A DNA stretch of 64,000 bases from Candidatus Latescibacterota bacterium (lineage in GTDB: Bacteria; Latescibacterota; UBA2968; UBA8231), in NCBI GenBank assembly GCA_965215195.1, contig CBDCDC010000002.1:1536001-1600000 (forward strand). Direction: 5' to 3'. Under the pieces are notes generated by a model, which made no database searches, was not told the DNA's origin, and saw only the letters and a list, made by a program, of their open reading frames with translations. The stretch's first letter is position 1; each line of letters opens with the position of its first letter. The translations under genes were made by a program, and so were the position numbers. Positions 1-9,608 of this stretch are shown one piece after another.

Positions 1-125
1 GCGCGGGCATCCTCATCAATTCCTCGCGCGGCATCCTCTACGCCTCCCAAGGCAGCGATTTTGCGGCCGCGGCCCGGCAGGCGACCCTAACCCTGCGCGA
101 CGCCATCAACGCCCACCGCCCCTGA
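1..125 (+). CDS. pyrF: Orotidine-5'-phosphate decarboxylase, 3' end (partial at window edge)
   Basis: Frame from nt 3 reads AGILINSSRGILYASQGSDFAAAARQATLTLRDAINAHRP*. INSSRGILYAS is the typical C-terminal motif of subfamily-2 OMP decarboxylases. Confidence 0.85.
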   Translation, partial: AGILINSSRGILYASQGSDFAAAARQATLTLRDAINAHRP

Positions 126-171
126 GCCGTTGTTGCCATCGTCCATAGCTATCTCTATTTTTCTAACGAGT

Positions 172-249
172 CGGGGTGTGGCGCAGTCCGGTTAGCGCAC
201 CTGCTTTGGGAGCAGGATGTCGTCGGTTCGAATCCGACCACCCCGACCA
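172..249 (+). tRNA. tRNA-Pro(TGG)
   Basis: CGGGGTG/CACCCCG acceptor stem, anticodon stem CCTGC-TTTGGGA-GCAGG, GTTCGAATC T-loop, encoded CCA end. Confidence 0.97.
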
Positions 250-323
250 CAACTTTCCTTCCAGCACCCCTCCCCTCGCACAGCCCAATTCGCGGCACTA
301 GATTGCTCAACTGGAGGCTCGCC

Positions 324-529
324 ATGTCCAAAACAGTTACCCTGCGCCTCAATAGCGCTTTCGCATCATGGCCGAACGCGACAATCGCCCCTTGGCCAAC
401 TTTATTGAAACTGCGCTCCTCCGCTATTTGGAGAGCGAGGAGTACGTGGATGAGTTCGAGATGACAGAGATCCGCGCCAACCGCAGCCTGAATGCCAGCA
501 TTGAGCGGGGCTTGGCCGATCGACAATAA
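324..529 (+). pseudogene. CopG/ribbon-helix-helix antitoxin-like regulator, frameshifted
   Basis: GGAGG RBS, then MSKTVTLRLN; the sequence continues in another frame as RFRIMAERDNRPLANFIETALLRYLESEEYVDEFEMTEIRAN. No toxin gene follows. Confidence 0.65.
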
Positions 530-573
530 TCGCTACGATCGACTAGGAACCAACTTCACCGCGAGGATCAACT

Positions 574-1911
574 ATGGCACGAGAAATCAAGGCTTTGCTC
601 GACGAAGAAATCGCTGCTTACGCAGCGCGCAACCCCCGCTCGCAGGCGATGTTTGCGCGGGCCAAGCAATCGCTGCCGGGCGGCAACACTCGCACCGGCG
701 TCCACATCGACCCTTTTCCCCTATACGCCGACCGCGGCGAGGGCGCCTATCTCTACGACATCGACAGCCACCGCCTGATCGACTTCGTCAACAACAACAC
801 GGCCCTGCCCTTGGGCCACGCCCATCCCGCCATCGTCGCTGCCTTGCGGGAACAAATCGCCCGCGGCACCGGGTTTTCGCGGCCCCTCGCCCTCGAAGTG
901 GAGGTGGTCGAACTGCTCCGCGCGCGCATGCCCGCGCTGGAGAAAGTGCGCTTTTGCTCCTCGGGCACCGAAGCCGTACTCAACGCCCTGCGCGCAGCGC
1001 GGGCGCATACCGGGCGCACCAAGATCGCCAAGTTCGAGGGGGCTTATCACGGCATAGACGACAGCGCACTAGTGAGCTACTTGCCGCCGCTGGGGCCTGA
1101 ACTGGGGCCGGCTGGCAAGCCGCAGGGCGTGGCCTCGTCGGCCGGGCTGATGGCCCACACCCTCGACGAGGTGGTCGTGCTGCCGTTCAACGACCCGGCG
1201 GCCTGCGCCGAGATCATCGGCGACAACGCCCAAGACCTAGCCGCCGTGATCGTGGATCCGCTCTCCACAGCCGCTGGGCTGGCCCTGCCAAAGGCCGGTT
1301 TTTTGTCGAGCCTGCGCGACGCGACCACCCGCGCCAATGCCCTGCTGATCTTCGACGAAATCGTCAGCTTCCGCTTCGGCCCGGGCGGGACGCACACGGC
1401 CTATCAAGTGCGGCCCGATCTGGTCTGTTTGGGCAAGGTAATCGCCGGTGGGACGCCCGGCGCGGCCTTCGGCGGTCGCGCCGACGCCATGAGCCTATAC
1501 GACCCAGCCGACGGGCCGCAGATCCAACAGTCCGGGACCTTCAACGCCAACCCCATCGCTCTAGTCGCCGGCTTGCAGACCCTCCAAGCACTGACCGCAG
1601 AGGCTTACGAGCAGATGGAAGGGCTGGCGCGTCGGGCGGCTGAGGGATTGCAGGCCGCGTTTGGCGAGGCCGGGGTCGCCGTGCAGGTGGTCGTGGCCGG
1701 GTCCATATTCCGGCTGTATTTCCTCGAACAGCCGCCGCGCAATTTCCGCGAAGCAGCGCAAGACGACGCGCAGATGCACCGCTGGTTGTTTTTCGCCCTG
1801 CTCAACAGGGGGCTGTACACGCGGATGGGCGGCAATGTGTCGCTGGCAACCGAGACTCACCACATCGACGCACTGGTGCAGGGGGTGCGCGAGGTGGTGC
1901 AAGTGCTGTAA
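574..1911 (+). CDS. Class III PLP-dependent aminotransferase (glutamate-1-semialdehyde aminomutase-like)
   Basis: Motifs SGTEAVLNALRAARAHTGR, FEGAYHG, LLIFDEIVSFR, PDLVCLGKVIAGG (PLP lysine), SGTFNANP. Confidence 0.9.
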   Translation: MAREIKALLDEEIAAYAARNPRSQAMFARAKQSLPGGNTRTGVHIDPFPLYADRGEGAYLYDIDSHRLIDFVNNNTALPLGHAHPAIVAALREQIARGTGFSRPLALEVEVVELLRARMPALEKVRFCSSGTEAVLNALRAARAHTGRTKIAKFEGAYHGIDDSALVSYLPPLGPELGPAGKPQGVASSAGLMAHTLDEVVVLPFNDPAACAEIIGDNAQDLAAVIVDPLSTAAGLALPKAGFLSSLRDATTRANALLIFDEIVSFRFGPGGTHTAYQVRPDLVCLGKVIAGGTPGAAFGGRADAMSLYDPADGPQIQQSGTFNANPIALVAGLQTLQALTAEAYEQMEGLARRAAEGLQAAFGEAGVAVQVVVAGSIFRLYFLEQPPRNFREAAQDDAQMHRWLFFALLNRGLYTRMGGNVSLATETHHIDALVQGVREVVQVL

Positions 1912-1974
1912 CGCGGGCGCATGGCGGCGCACACTCCTGTGGGTACGCTAGTGCTTGATGGTAGGACACTGATC

Positions 1975-2021
1975 GATGCTTCGCTTCACCTCGGCTGTTC
2001 ACGCCTGAAGGCGCGGTGAAC
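1975..2021. repeat. REP-like hairpin element (GTCACGCC-TAAA-GGCG family)
   Basis: GTTCACGCCTGAAGGCGCGGTGAAC; nt 1975-1990 is the exact reverse complement of 47664-47679. Confidence 0.6.
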
Positions 2022-2068
2022 TCGCGCCTAGCGCGCAGGCCCTGACGATATAGGAGAACGGAGAGCGA

Positions 2069-3055
2069 ATGAGTACCACGAAAAAATGGCTGCTGTGCGC
2101 TCTGTTGACCGCTTGCGGGCAGCCGGATGACGCGCCCGATACACTCAAGATCGGCTACGTCATTAACTTCATGTCGCACGAGTGGTATCAAAACATCAGC
2201 AAATCGGCGACAGCGCGGGCAGCCGAGTTGGGCGTCGAGCTGATCGTCGCGGATGCCAACCTCGACGTGGCGGCGCAAATTTCCAAGGCCGAAAACTTGC
2301 TCGCCCAAGGGGTAAAGGTGCTGATTTTGTCGCCGGTTGACGCCAAGGCCATGGGGCCAGTGGTGCGGCAGGCCAAGGCCGCGGGTGCTAAAGTGATTAC
2401 CGAATCCAACCCCGTGCCCGAGGCCGACAGCTACGTGGGGATCGACAACTACGCCGGTGGGGTCAAGGCCGGCGAGTGGTTTGCCGGCTACGCAGCGGAA
2501 AAGGGCCTCAACCCCAAGATCCTCATCGTCGGCTTCCCCAACTTCGAGGACTGCCGGCAGCGGGTCGCCGGCTTCAAAGACGCACTCGCCGCTTCGGGCT
2601 TGCCCTACCAGATCGTCCAAGAAGTCGATGGGCAGGGCCTCAAGGAAAAGGCGTTCAAAGTGGCGCAGGACGCGCTAACGGCCAACCCGCACATCAACGC
2701 GATCTACGGCATCAACGACGATTCGACGACCGGCGGCATGGCGGCCTACAAAGCTGCGGGCCTCGACGAAGCGGCCCTGACCGCAATCGGCTTCGGCTTC
2801 GAGGGCACCGTGGGCCAGACGGCCCTCACCGGCGACACGCCTTACGCAGCGGCCCTAGCGATGTTTCCCAACTTCGTGGGCGCGGCCCTGATTGACGCGG
2901 CCCTGCAGTTGAGCAAGGGGAAGCCGCTACCCGCCCACTACGAGACGCCGACCATCGTCGTCACCCGCGACAATCTCAGCCGCTTCTACGACGTGAGCAC
3001 CGAGCCGCCCTTCGCCCTCAAGGTAGATGCAGTGCGGGCCTTGATGCCGCAATGA
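2069..3055 (+). CDS. Sugar ABC transporter substrate-binding lipoprotein (RbsB-like)
   Basis: Lipobox LLTAC; periplasmic-binding motifs YVGIDNYAGG and AIYGINDD; first gene of the ABC operon. Confidence 0.9.
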   Translation: MSTTKKWLLCALLTACGQPDDAPDTLKIGYVINFMSHEWYQNISKSATARAAELGVELIVADANLDVAAQISKAENLLAQGVKVLILSPVDAKAMGPVVRQAKAAGAKVITESNPVPEADSYVGIDNYAGGVKAGEWFAGYAAEKGLNPKILIVGFPNFEDCRQRVAGFKDALAASGLPYQIVQEVDGQGLKEKAFKVAQDALTANPHINAIYGINDDSTTGGMAAYKAAGLDEAALTAIGFGFEGTVGQTALTGDTPYAAALAMFPNFVGAALIDAALQLSKGKPLPAHYETPTIVVTRDNLSRFYDVSTEPPFALKVDAVRALMPQ

Positions 3056-4023
3056 GCCGCTTGCTCGCACGGGTGCTCCACAGCGAGCAGGCCGGGCTGT
3101 TGCTGGCGCTGGTCTTGCTCTGCGTGGGGATTTCGCTGCTGACGCCGGTCTTCTTTACGGCCGTCAATATCAAGAACGTGCTGCGCGACGCCTCGCTGGT
3201 GGCCATCGCCGGGATCGGCATGGTGATGATCATCCTGCTCGGCGAGATCGACCTCAGCGTCGGCTCAACCCAAGCGGTGGCCGGGATCATGGCGGTGGCC
3301 GTGCTCAATCAGTTTGAGAGCGTGGCGCTGGCGCTGGGAGCCGCGCTAGCAGCCGGGGCGCTCGTCGGCCTGTGCAACGGACTGTTGGTCACCAAGGCCG
3401 GCATCAACTCCCTGATCGCGACCTTGGGCATGATGGCGATTTTGCGCGGCGCGGCCATGGTCAGCACCCAAGCGGTATCGATCCAGGGCAAAGTACAAGG
3501 CTTCGTCGAAGTGGGAACCGGATACTTGGGGCCGATCCCCATCCCGGTGCTGGTGACTTTTATCCTCTTCGGGCTGTTTTACTACGTGCTGCACCACACC
3601 ATCCTCGGCCGCTACATCTACGCCATCGGCGGCAATATCCAAGCGGCGCGGCTCGCGGGCTTGGCCGTCGATCGCACGCGCGTCTTGGTCTTTGTGCTCG
3701 GCGGGGTGCTGGCGGCACTGAGTGCCTTTATCTTGGCCTCGCGCCTCAACTCCGGGCAGCCGAATGCCGGCTTGGGGTTTGAGTTGCAGGTGATCGCCGC
3801 GGTGATCTTGGGCGGCATCAGCCTGACGGGCGGGGTGGGTACGCTCGGCGGTGCCTTTATCGGCATCCTGATTCTGACGGTGCTCTCCAACGGCTTGGTG
3901 CTTTTGAACGTGTCGTCCTTTTACCACGATATTGCGCGCGGTGCGGTGATTATCCTCGCCGTGTATCTGGACACCCGGCGCAAGCAAAGCCTCCTGCGGC
4001 GGCTACTCGCCCCCCCAACATGA
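3052..4023 (+). CDS. Sugar ABC transporter permease (RbsC-like)
   Basis: Hydrophobic; GEIDLSVGS, GRYIYAIGGN, ELQVIAAVILGGISLTGG motifs; ATGA overlap with the upstream gene. Confidence 0.92.
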   Translation: MSRLLARVLHSEQAGLLLALVLLCVGISLLTPVFFTAVNIKNVLRDASLVAIAGIGMVMIILLGEIDLSVGSTQAVAGIMAVAVLNQFESVALALGAALAAGALVGLCNGLLVTKAGINSLIATLGMMAILRGAAMVSTQAVSIQGKVQGFVEVGTGYLGPIPIPVLVTFILFGLFYYVLHHTILGRYIYAIGGNIQAARLAGLAVDRTRVLVFVLGGVLAALSAFILASRLNSGQPNAGLGFELQVIAAVILGGISLTGGVGTLGGAFIGILILTVLSNGLVLLNVSSFYHDIARGAVIILAVYLDTRRKQSLLRRLLAPPT

Positions 4024-5510
4024 CGCCGCTGCTCTCCTTAGAGGATATCCACAAGCGCTTCCCGGGCGTCTATGCGCTCAGAGGCGTTGACTTTGCGGTG
4101 CGGCCGGGGGAAGTCCACGCGCTGGTCGGCGAAAACGGCGCGGGCAAGAGCACCTTGATCAAAATTGCGGCCGGCGTGTACCGCCGCGACCGGGGCCGCT
4201 ACCACATCGCCGGCCGTCCCGCAGACATCCGCCATCCGCGCCAAGCCCTAGACCACGGGCTTGCGGTCGTTTACCAAGAGCTAGAGCTAGTCCCTTCCCT
4301 GTCGGTGGCCGAGAATTTGTTCTTCGGTCGCCTGCCGCACGGACGCGGTGGGCGCGTCCAGTGGAACGCGCTCTACGCCGCTTCGGCAATGCTACTGGCC
4401 GAGGTCGGGCTAGCGGTCAATCCCCAGACCAAGGTCGGCCACCTCGGCGTAGCCGCACAGCAATTGGTCGAGATCGCACGGGCCCTGGCGTGCGACGCCC
4501 AAGTAATCGTCATGGACGAGCCAACCTCGGCCCTGAGTACGCGCGAGATCGACAAGCTCTTTGCGCTCATCGCCCGGCTCAAGGCGCGGGGCGTGGGCGT
4601 GATCTACGTATCGCACAAGCTCGCCGAGGTCATGGCGCTGGCCGACCGAGTGACGGTCCTGCGCGACGGAGCGCGCGTCGCCTGCGAACAGGCCGCCGAC
4701 CTCAACGAGGAGCAGCTCATCGCGCTGATGGTTGGGCGGGCGTTGGGCCAGGGTTTTCCCGCGGCCGGGCGCACGCCGGGGCCGGGTGCGCTGGAAGTGG
4801 AGGGGCTGACCACGGACCGGGTGCGGGATATTTCCTTCCGGGTGTGCGCTGGAGAAATTGTCGGGTTTTCCGGGCTGATGGGCGCGGGGCGGACGGAACT
4901 AGCGCGGGCCGTGATGGGCGCGGATCGCCGCCGCGCTGGAACGGTCACCATCGGCGGGGTCGCTGTGCCAGCAAACGCACCGCCGCGGGCGCGCACCTTG
5001 GGGCTGGGACTGGTGCCGGAGGATCGCCGGGCCGACGGCCTCTTCGCCCAGCAGAGCGTGCGCGCAAACGCGAGTATTGCGGCCTTAGAGCAGTTCTGCC
5101 GCGCTGGCCACGTGCAAGTAGGAGCAGAGCGGCAGCAGGTCGGCGCACTCGTGGCGCGCCTGCGCGTGCGTCCCCCCGACCAAGAGCAGACCATCGCCCG
5201 GCTCAGTGGCGGCAATCAGCAAAAGGCACTGCTGGCCCGCTGGCTGCTCAAGGAAAACTTGCAGGTGCTGCTCGTCGATGAGCCGACTCGAGGGATCGAT
5301 GTTGGGGCCAAGGCCGAGATTTATCAATTGCTAAACGAGCTGGCGCACCAAGGGCTGGCAATCGCGGTCTTCTCCTCGGAAATGCCCGAAATTTTGGGAC
5401 TGTGCGACCGGGTGTACGTGATGCGCGAGGGGCGAATTGCCGCCGAATACGCACGGGCCGAGGCCACGCCGGAAAAACTCTTGGCCAGCGCCCTGCCCAG
5501 CGCCAGCTAA
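4020..5510 (+). CDS. Sugar ABC transporter ATP-binding protein (RbsA-like, two ABC domains)
   Basis: GENGAGKST Walker A, MDEPT, LSGGNQQK, DEPTRGIDVGAKAEIY. Confidence 0.95.
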   Translation: MTPLLSLEDIHKRFPGVYALRGVDFAVRPGEVHALVGENGAGKSTLIKIAAGVYRRDRGRYHIAGRPADIRHPRQALDHGLAVVYQELELVPSLSVAENLFFGRLPHGRGGRVQWNALYAASAMLLAEVGLAVNPQTKVGHLGVAAQQLVEIARALACDAQVIVMDEPTSALSTREIDKLFALIARLKARGVGVIYVSHKLAEVMALADRVTVLRDGARVACEQAADLNEEQLIALMVGRALGQGFPAAGRTPGPGALEVEGLTTDRVRDISFRVCAGEIVGFSGLMGAGRTELARAVMGADRRRAGTVTIGGVAVPANAPPRARTLGLGLVPEDRRADGLFAQQSVRANASIAALEQFCRAGHVQVGAERQQVGALVARLRVRPPDQEQTIARLSGGNQQKALLARWLLKENLQVLLVDEPTRGIDVGAKAEIYQLLNELAHQGLAIAVFSSEMPEILGLCDRVYVMREGRIAAEYARAEATPEKLLASALPSAS

Positions 5511-5541
5511 ACCCTTCATCCCCAGCAAAGAGAGGTGCAAC

Positions 5542-6582
5542 GTGAAAATCCTAATCACCGGCGGCACCGGCCGCGTCGGAGCCAATTTGGCGAAAGCCCT
5601 GCTCGACAAAGGGCACGCTATCCGCTCGTTTGTCTATCCCGGCGACCAAAGCCGCGCCCACAAGCTCGACGGCTTTGAGCGCGTCGAGACCATCGAAGGC
5701 GATTTGCGCAATCTCGCCGACGTGCGCCGTGCGGTCGAAGGAGTCGATGCAGTGTACCACATTGCCGCAGCCTTTGGCGGCCCCTTCGACAACCGCGAAT
5801 ACCTCGAAATCAACGGCATGGGCACCATCAACCTGCTGGAGTCCATCCGCGAGCTGACGCCCGACCTACATCGGCTGGTGTACGCCTGTACCGAGGCGAT
5901 TTACTGGAGCAATCCCTACAACGGCCGCTGCTTTGAAGAGCCGATCCGCGAAGATCAGGTCGCCCGCTACCAGACGATGCCTTACTTCCTGACCAAGTGG
6001 ATCGGCGAGGAACTGGTGATGAGCTATCACTTGCAGTTCGGGCTGCCGTCGGTGACCACGCGCTTTGCCACGATTATTGAGCCGGGGGAATTTCTCGACG
6101 AAAATGGCTTGCCGCATCTGTTCTTGTTGGGGCCGGTTTACGAGCGGTGCAAGGACCAAGAGGGGGCCTTTGCCGAGGCGATCAGGGCACTGTGGACAGG
6201 CGAGGACCAGTTCTTGCTGGCGCGGAATCCAGACGGGCGGCCCTATAAGCAGCAATTTGCCGACGTGCGCGACATCGTCCAAGGGCTGGTGTTGGCACTG
6301 GAGCGGGACGAGGCCGTGGGCGAGGTGTTCAATCTGGGCGGGGCCGCCCTGTTCGATTGGGGCGCAGCCGTGCCCTATCTCGCCGATCGTTTCGGGCTGG
6401 GCTACGTTGAGGCGCGGCGACCGGATTGGAACTACTTTGAGTTGGATTTGACCAACATCGAGGAAAAGTTGGGGTTTGCACCCAAGCACGACTTGGCGAG
6501 CATACTCGATGCGGCTGAGGCCATGCGGCGCGGGGAGGACGTGGGAATCATTCCAACGGGAGTGCGGTTCGGGAGGGCGTAG
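5542..6582 (+). CDS. NAD-dependent epimerase/dehydratase (extended SDR)
   Basis: GTG start after GAGG; ILITGGTGRVG, YFLTK (YxxxK), DVRDIV, GEVFNLGG. Confidence 0.85.
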   Translation: MKILITGGTGRVGANLAKALLDKGHAIRSFVYPGDQSRAHKLDGFERVETIEGDLRNLADVRRAVEGVDAVYHIAAAFGGPFDNREYLEINGMGTINLLESIRELTPDLHRLVYACTEAIYWSNPYNGRCFEEPIREDQVARYQTMPYFLTKWIGEELVMSYHLQFGLPSVTTRFATIIEPGEFLDENGLPHLFLLGPVYERCKDQEGAFAEAIRALWTGEDQFLLARNPDGRPYKQQFADVRDIVQGLVLALERDEAVGEVFNLGGAALFDWGAAVPYLADRFGLGYVEARRPDWNYFELDLTNIEEKLGFAPKHDLASILDAAEAMRRGEDVGIIPTGVRFGRA

Positions 6583-6656
6583 ACGACCCTTGTCGCTTAG
6601 ACAACCACAGAGGGGGGAATGGCTTCTACGGAATTTCCCTTTGTGAGGAGAGCGAG

Positions 6657-8273
6657 ATGATCGAAGGACACCAAGTACTAGCCAGCCGCGGCGCTGTGGC
6701 CGCCCAGCAGCCGACCGCGGCGCGCATTGGCGCGCACATATTGGCCCAAGGCGGCAACGCCATGGATGCGGCCGCGGCCACCAGTTTGGCCTGCTGCATG
6801 TTGGCCCCCCAATCCAACGGCATCGGCGGCTATATGTCGGCCGCGGTGGTTTTGCAAGGTTCCACCGGCCGCATCTGGTCGCTTGACGCCAATGCCGTAG
6901 CTCCGGCTGCCGCTCACGAGCACATGTACGACATCCTGCCGGCTCGCCGCGCCAGCAAGGACCTAAACGAAAGGGAATACGCCTGCAGTGTGCGCGACGA
7001 TGCCAATGTGTACGGCCCCCAGTCCGTGGCCGTTCCCGGCCAAATGGCTGGCATGGGGTTTTTGCACGAGCGCTGGGGACAATTGCCTTGGGCCGCGATT
7101 GTCGCTCCGGCCCAAGGACTGCTCGCCGATGGCTTTCCCTACGGCCCGGCCCTTGCCCGTACCATTCGCGACCAAGCGGCCATCCTGCGCCGCTTTCCCG
7201 CAACGTTTAGCCACCTCGCGCCGCAAGGCGAGTTGCCCAGCCCGGACGACATTTGGCATCGCCCCGACATGGAGCGCACCCTAGCGCGTTTGGCCCAAGC
7301 TGGCTGGCGCGAATTTTACTGCGGCGAATTGGGCCGCACCATCGGCGATTATGTCCAAGTTAGCGGCGGCGCTCTCACCCGTCGGGATATGGCCAACTTT
7401 GCGCCGCGCCTGACCGAGCCGTACCAAATCACCTACCGCGACGTGCCAGTGTACGGGCCGATTTTGCCCAACGGCTGCCTCTCCGCCCTCCAGATTCTGC
7501 ACATGCTGGAATGCCTACCCGTGCTGCCCGACAGCCAAGCCCTGTATTGGCATCAGCTCGCCGAAGTCGTCAAACAGGCTTGGCGCGACCGTCTGCGCTA
7601 CATCGGCGACCCCGATTTCGTGGATGTGCCGGTGGAGCGTCTGCTGAGCAAGGACTACGCGGCCGGTCGCGTTGAGGCCCTGCGGCAATTCCCCGAGCAG
7701 GTCAATCAGCAGGTGTACGAAGCCTCGGGTCCGGCTGTGTCCGAAACTTTGCACGTATCGGCTGCGGACGCCGAGGGCAATCTGGTCGGCATCACCATCA
7801 CCCAAGGCGGGGCCTTTGGCTCCTGTTTTACCGTGCCGAGCACGGGCATTATCCTGGGCCACGGCATGTGCCGTTTGGACCCCCGCCCCGGCCGGGCCAA
7901 TTCCGTGGCTCCGCACAAGCGTCCGCTCAACAACGTAGTCCCCATGATCTTGCGCCTGCCCCAGCGCGACGTGGCCATCGGCCTACCCGGCGGTCGCCGC
8001 ATCATCAGCGTCGGGGCCCAACTCGGACAGCGCATTATCGACTTCAACGCCACCGCCTTGGGAGCAGCCACGGCCCCCCGACTCAACGCCGAAGCGCAAG
8101 AGCCACTCGAACTCAAGCGCGGCATCGATCCGGCGATTGTGCAGGCCCTGCGAGAAATGGGGCACCGGGTGCAGGTGCGAGAAGAGGTGGCCGGCGGCGC
8201 ACACGGGGCCGAGATCCTCAAAAGCGAAGGCAAAGTGCGCGCCGGAGGCAATGGCTGGGCCGCGGGCGCGTAA
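6657..8273 (+). CDS. ggt: Gamma-glutamyltransferase family protein
   Basis: GGNAMDAAAA, NGIGG, VAVPG, FYCGELG, ETLHVSAADAEGN (nucleophile Thr), ANSVAPHKRP, PGGRRI. Confidence 0.88.
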   Translation: MIEGHQVLASRGAVAAQQPTAARIGAHILAQGGNAMDAAAATSLACCMLAPQSNGIGGYMSAAVVLQGSTGRIWSLDANAVAPAAAHEHMYDILPARRASKDLNEREYACSVRDDANVYGPQSVAVPGQMAGMGFLHERWGQLPWAAIVAPAQGLLADGFPYGPALARTIRDQAAILRRFPATFSHLAPQGELPSPDDIWHRPDMERTLARLAQAGWREFYCGELGRTIGDYVQVSGGALTRRDMANFAPRLTEPYQITYRDVPVYGPILPNGCLSALQILHMLECLPVLPDSQALYWHQLAEVVKQAWRDRLRYIGDPDFVDVPVERLLSKDYAAGRVEALRQFPEQVNQQVYEASGPAVSETLHVSAADAEGNLVGITITQGGAFGSCFTVPSTGIILGHGMCRLDPRPGRANSVAPHKRPLNNVVPMILRLPQRDVAIGLPGGRRIISVGAQLGQRIIDFNATALGAATAPRLNAEAQEPLELKRGIDPAIVQALREMGHRVQVREEVAGGAHGAEILKSEGKVRAGGNGWAAGA

Positions 8274-8297
8274 TCACCCTTGCCGTGGGTGATTTTC
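8272..8297 (+). terminator. Putative intrinsic terminator after ggt
   Basis: Stem AATCACCC/GGGTGATT followed by a short T run. Confidence 0.35.
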
Positions 8298-8314
8298 ACC
8301 CATATCATGGGTAT

Positions 8315-9544
8315 ATGAACGCGAATCAACTGCTGCCTCGATTTGCTTCTGCGAGCGTGGAGCGAGCGCTGCGGGTCATGCCCGTGGCCGTTCTTACCGG
8401 CGCAAGGCAGACCGGCAAGAGCACCCTCGCCCGCATGCATCCCATCGGGGCAGACCGGTCTTACTTCACCTTGGACGATTACGGCGTCCTCGAGCAGGCC
8501 CAACGCGAACCGGCCGCTCTGGCCGCTCGGGCCGCGAAGATCACGCTTGACGAGATACAGCGGGTGCCACATCTGCTGCTCGCCATCAAGCGCCTCGTCG
8601 ACGAAAATCGAGTTGCTGGCCGTTTCCTCCTGACTGGATCGGCGAATCTGCTGCTTATGAAGGAGGTGGGCGAAACACTAGCTGGCCGCGCTAGCTACTT
8701 GACGCTCTGGCCCATGACCCGTCGCGAGCAACGCGGGTTGGCTAGGCCTGGTCTGTGGACGGAGCTCGTAGATGCGCCCCCTAGCGCATGGCGGGATGTG
8801 CTGCTCGCCGAGCCAGCCGAAGCAGAGCCGTGGCAGGCCCTTGCTCGACGCGGAGGGTATCCCGTCCCGGCCTATGAGTTAATAGATGATGACGACCGGC
8901 GGCTGTGGTTCGAAGGCTACGCGGCTACCTACTTGGAGCGGGACATCCCGCGTCTGTCCTCCATCGCAAGCATAATCGACCTGCGGAGGTTGATGACGGC
9001 AGCCTGTCTGCGCGTTGGGGGGCTATTAAACCAAGCAGACCTAGCCCGGGACGTGCATCTTGCACCCTCCACAGTGCAGCGCTATCTCAACTTGCTAGCG
9101 GTGTCGTTCCAGCTAGTGCGATTGCCAGCCTATGCTGTCAACAGGACGAAACGGCTAGTCAAGTCATCCAAACTCTACTGGAGCGACACCGGGCTGGCTT
9201 TGCACTTAGCGGGCGATATACATCCTCGCGGCGCACACCTAGAGAACATAGTGCTCTGCGATCTGCTCGCTTGGGCTTCTACTCGCGTCGCAAGAACGGA
9301 GATTCTCTTTTGGCGGACGACCAAAGGAGCCGAGGTCGATTTCGTCCTCGAAACGGGCCGGCGTCTGCTGCCCGTAGAAGTGAAAGCCGCCGCGAGCGTC
9401 CATCCCGGGGACGTGCGACATCTGCATACGTTCCTAGATGAATACTCCGATATGGCGCAGGGTGGGATCGTTCTCTACGATGGCGAGGAAACGTTCTGGC
9501 TCACCGAGCGCGTTCTCGCCGCGCCGTGGTGGCGCGTGGTTTGA
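8315..9544 (+). CDS. AAA+ ATPase (AAA_14 + DUF4143)
   Basis: TGARQTGKSTL, LDEIQR, FLLTGSA, KRLVKSSKLYWSDTG, EVDFVLE..PVEVK. Confidence 0.9.
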   Translation: MNANQLLPRFASASVERALRVMPVAVLTGARQTGKSTLARMHPIGADRSYFTLDDYGVLEQAQREPAALAARAAKITLDEIQRVPHLLLAIKRLVDENRVAGRFLLTGSANLLLMKEVGETLAGRASYLTLWPMTRREQRGLARPGLWTELVDAPPSAWRDVLLAEPAEAEPWQALARRGGYPVPAYELIDDDDRRLWFEGYAATYLERDIPRLSSIASIIDLRRLMTAACLRVGGLLNQADLARDVHLAPSTVQRYLNLLAVSFQLVRLPAYAVNRTKRLVKSSKLYWSDTGLALHLAGDIHPRGAHLENIVLCDLLAWASTRVARTEILFWRTTKGAEVDFVLETGRRLLPVEVKAAASVHPGDVRHLHTFLDEYSDMAQGGIVLYDGEETFWLTERVLAAPWWRVV

Positions 9545-9568
9545 AGGGAATAACGATCGTTATTCCCT
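9545..9568. repeat. Perfect 24-bp palindrome
   Basis: AGGGAATAACGATCGTTATTCCCT, directly after the ATPase stop codon. Confidence 0.7.
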
Positions 9569-9570
9569 AC

Positions 9571-9583
9571 TGCGTAACGTCAG
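9571..9583. mobile_element. Solo terminal inverted repeat TGCGTAACGTCAG
   Basis: Identical to the 13-bp TIR that bounds 47186-47710. Confidence 0.6.
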
Positions 9584-9608
9584 TGAGGAAGTACAACGGA
9601 GAACAAAA

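Noticed and set aside
574-1911. hemL assignment
   Set aside because: Family match only; it lacks the usual PGGVNSPVR motif (has PGGNTRT) and sits in a catabolic context.
5866-7203. 445-aa minus-strand ORF
   Set aside because: Antisense shadow of the epimerase and ggt, with Arg/Pro-rich junk composition.
7868-8314. N-terminal extension of the AAA ATPase ORF; similar extensions at 9438, 21080, 47807, 53950, 60004 and 62184
   Set aside because: They overlap upstream genes or repeats. Downstream starts that fit domain boundaries, several with an RBS, are more plausible; the MRNVS start at 60004 is just the TIR sequence.
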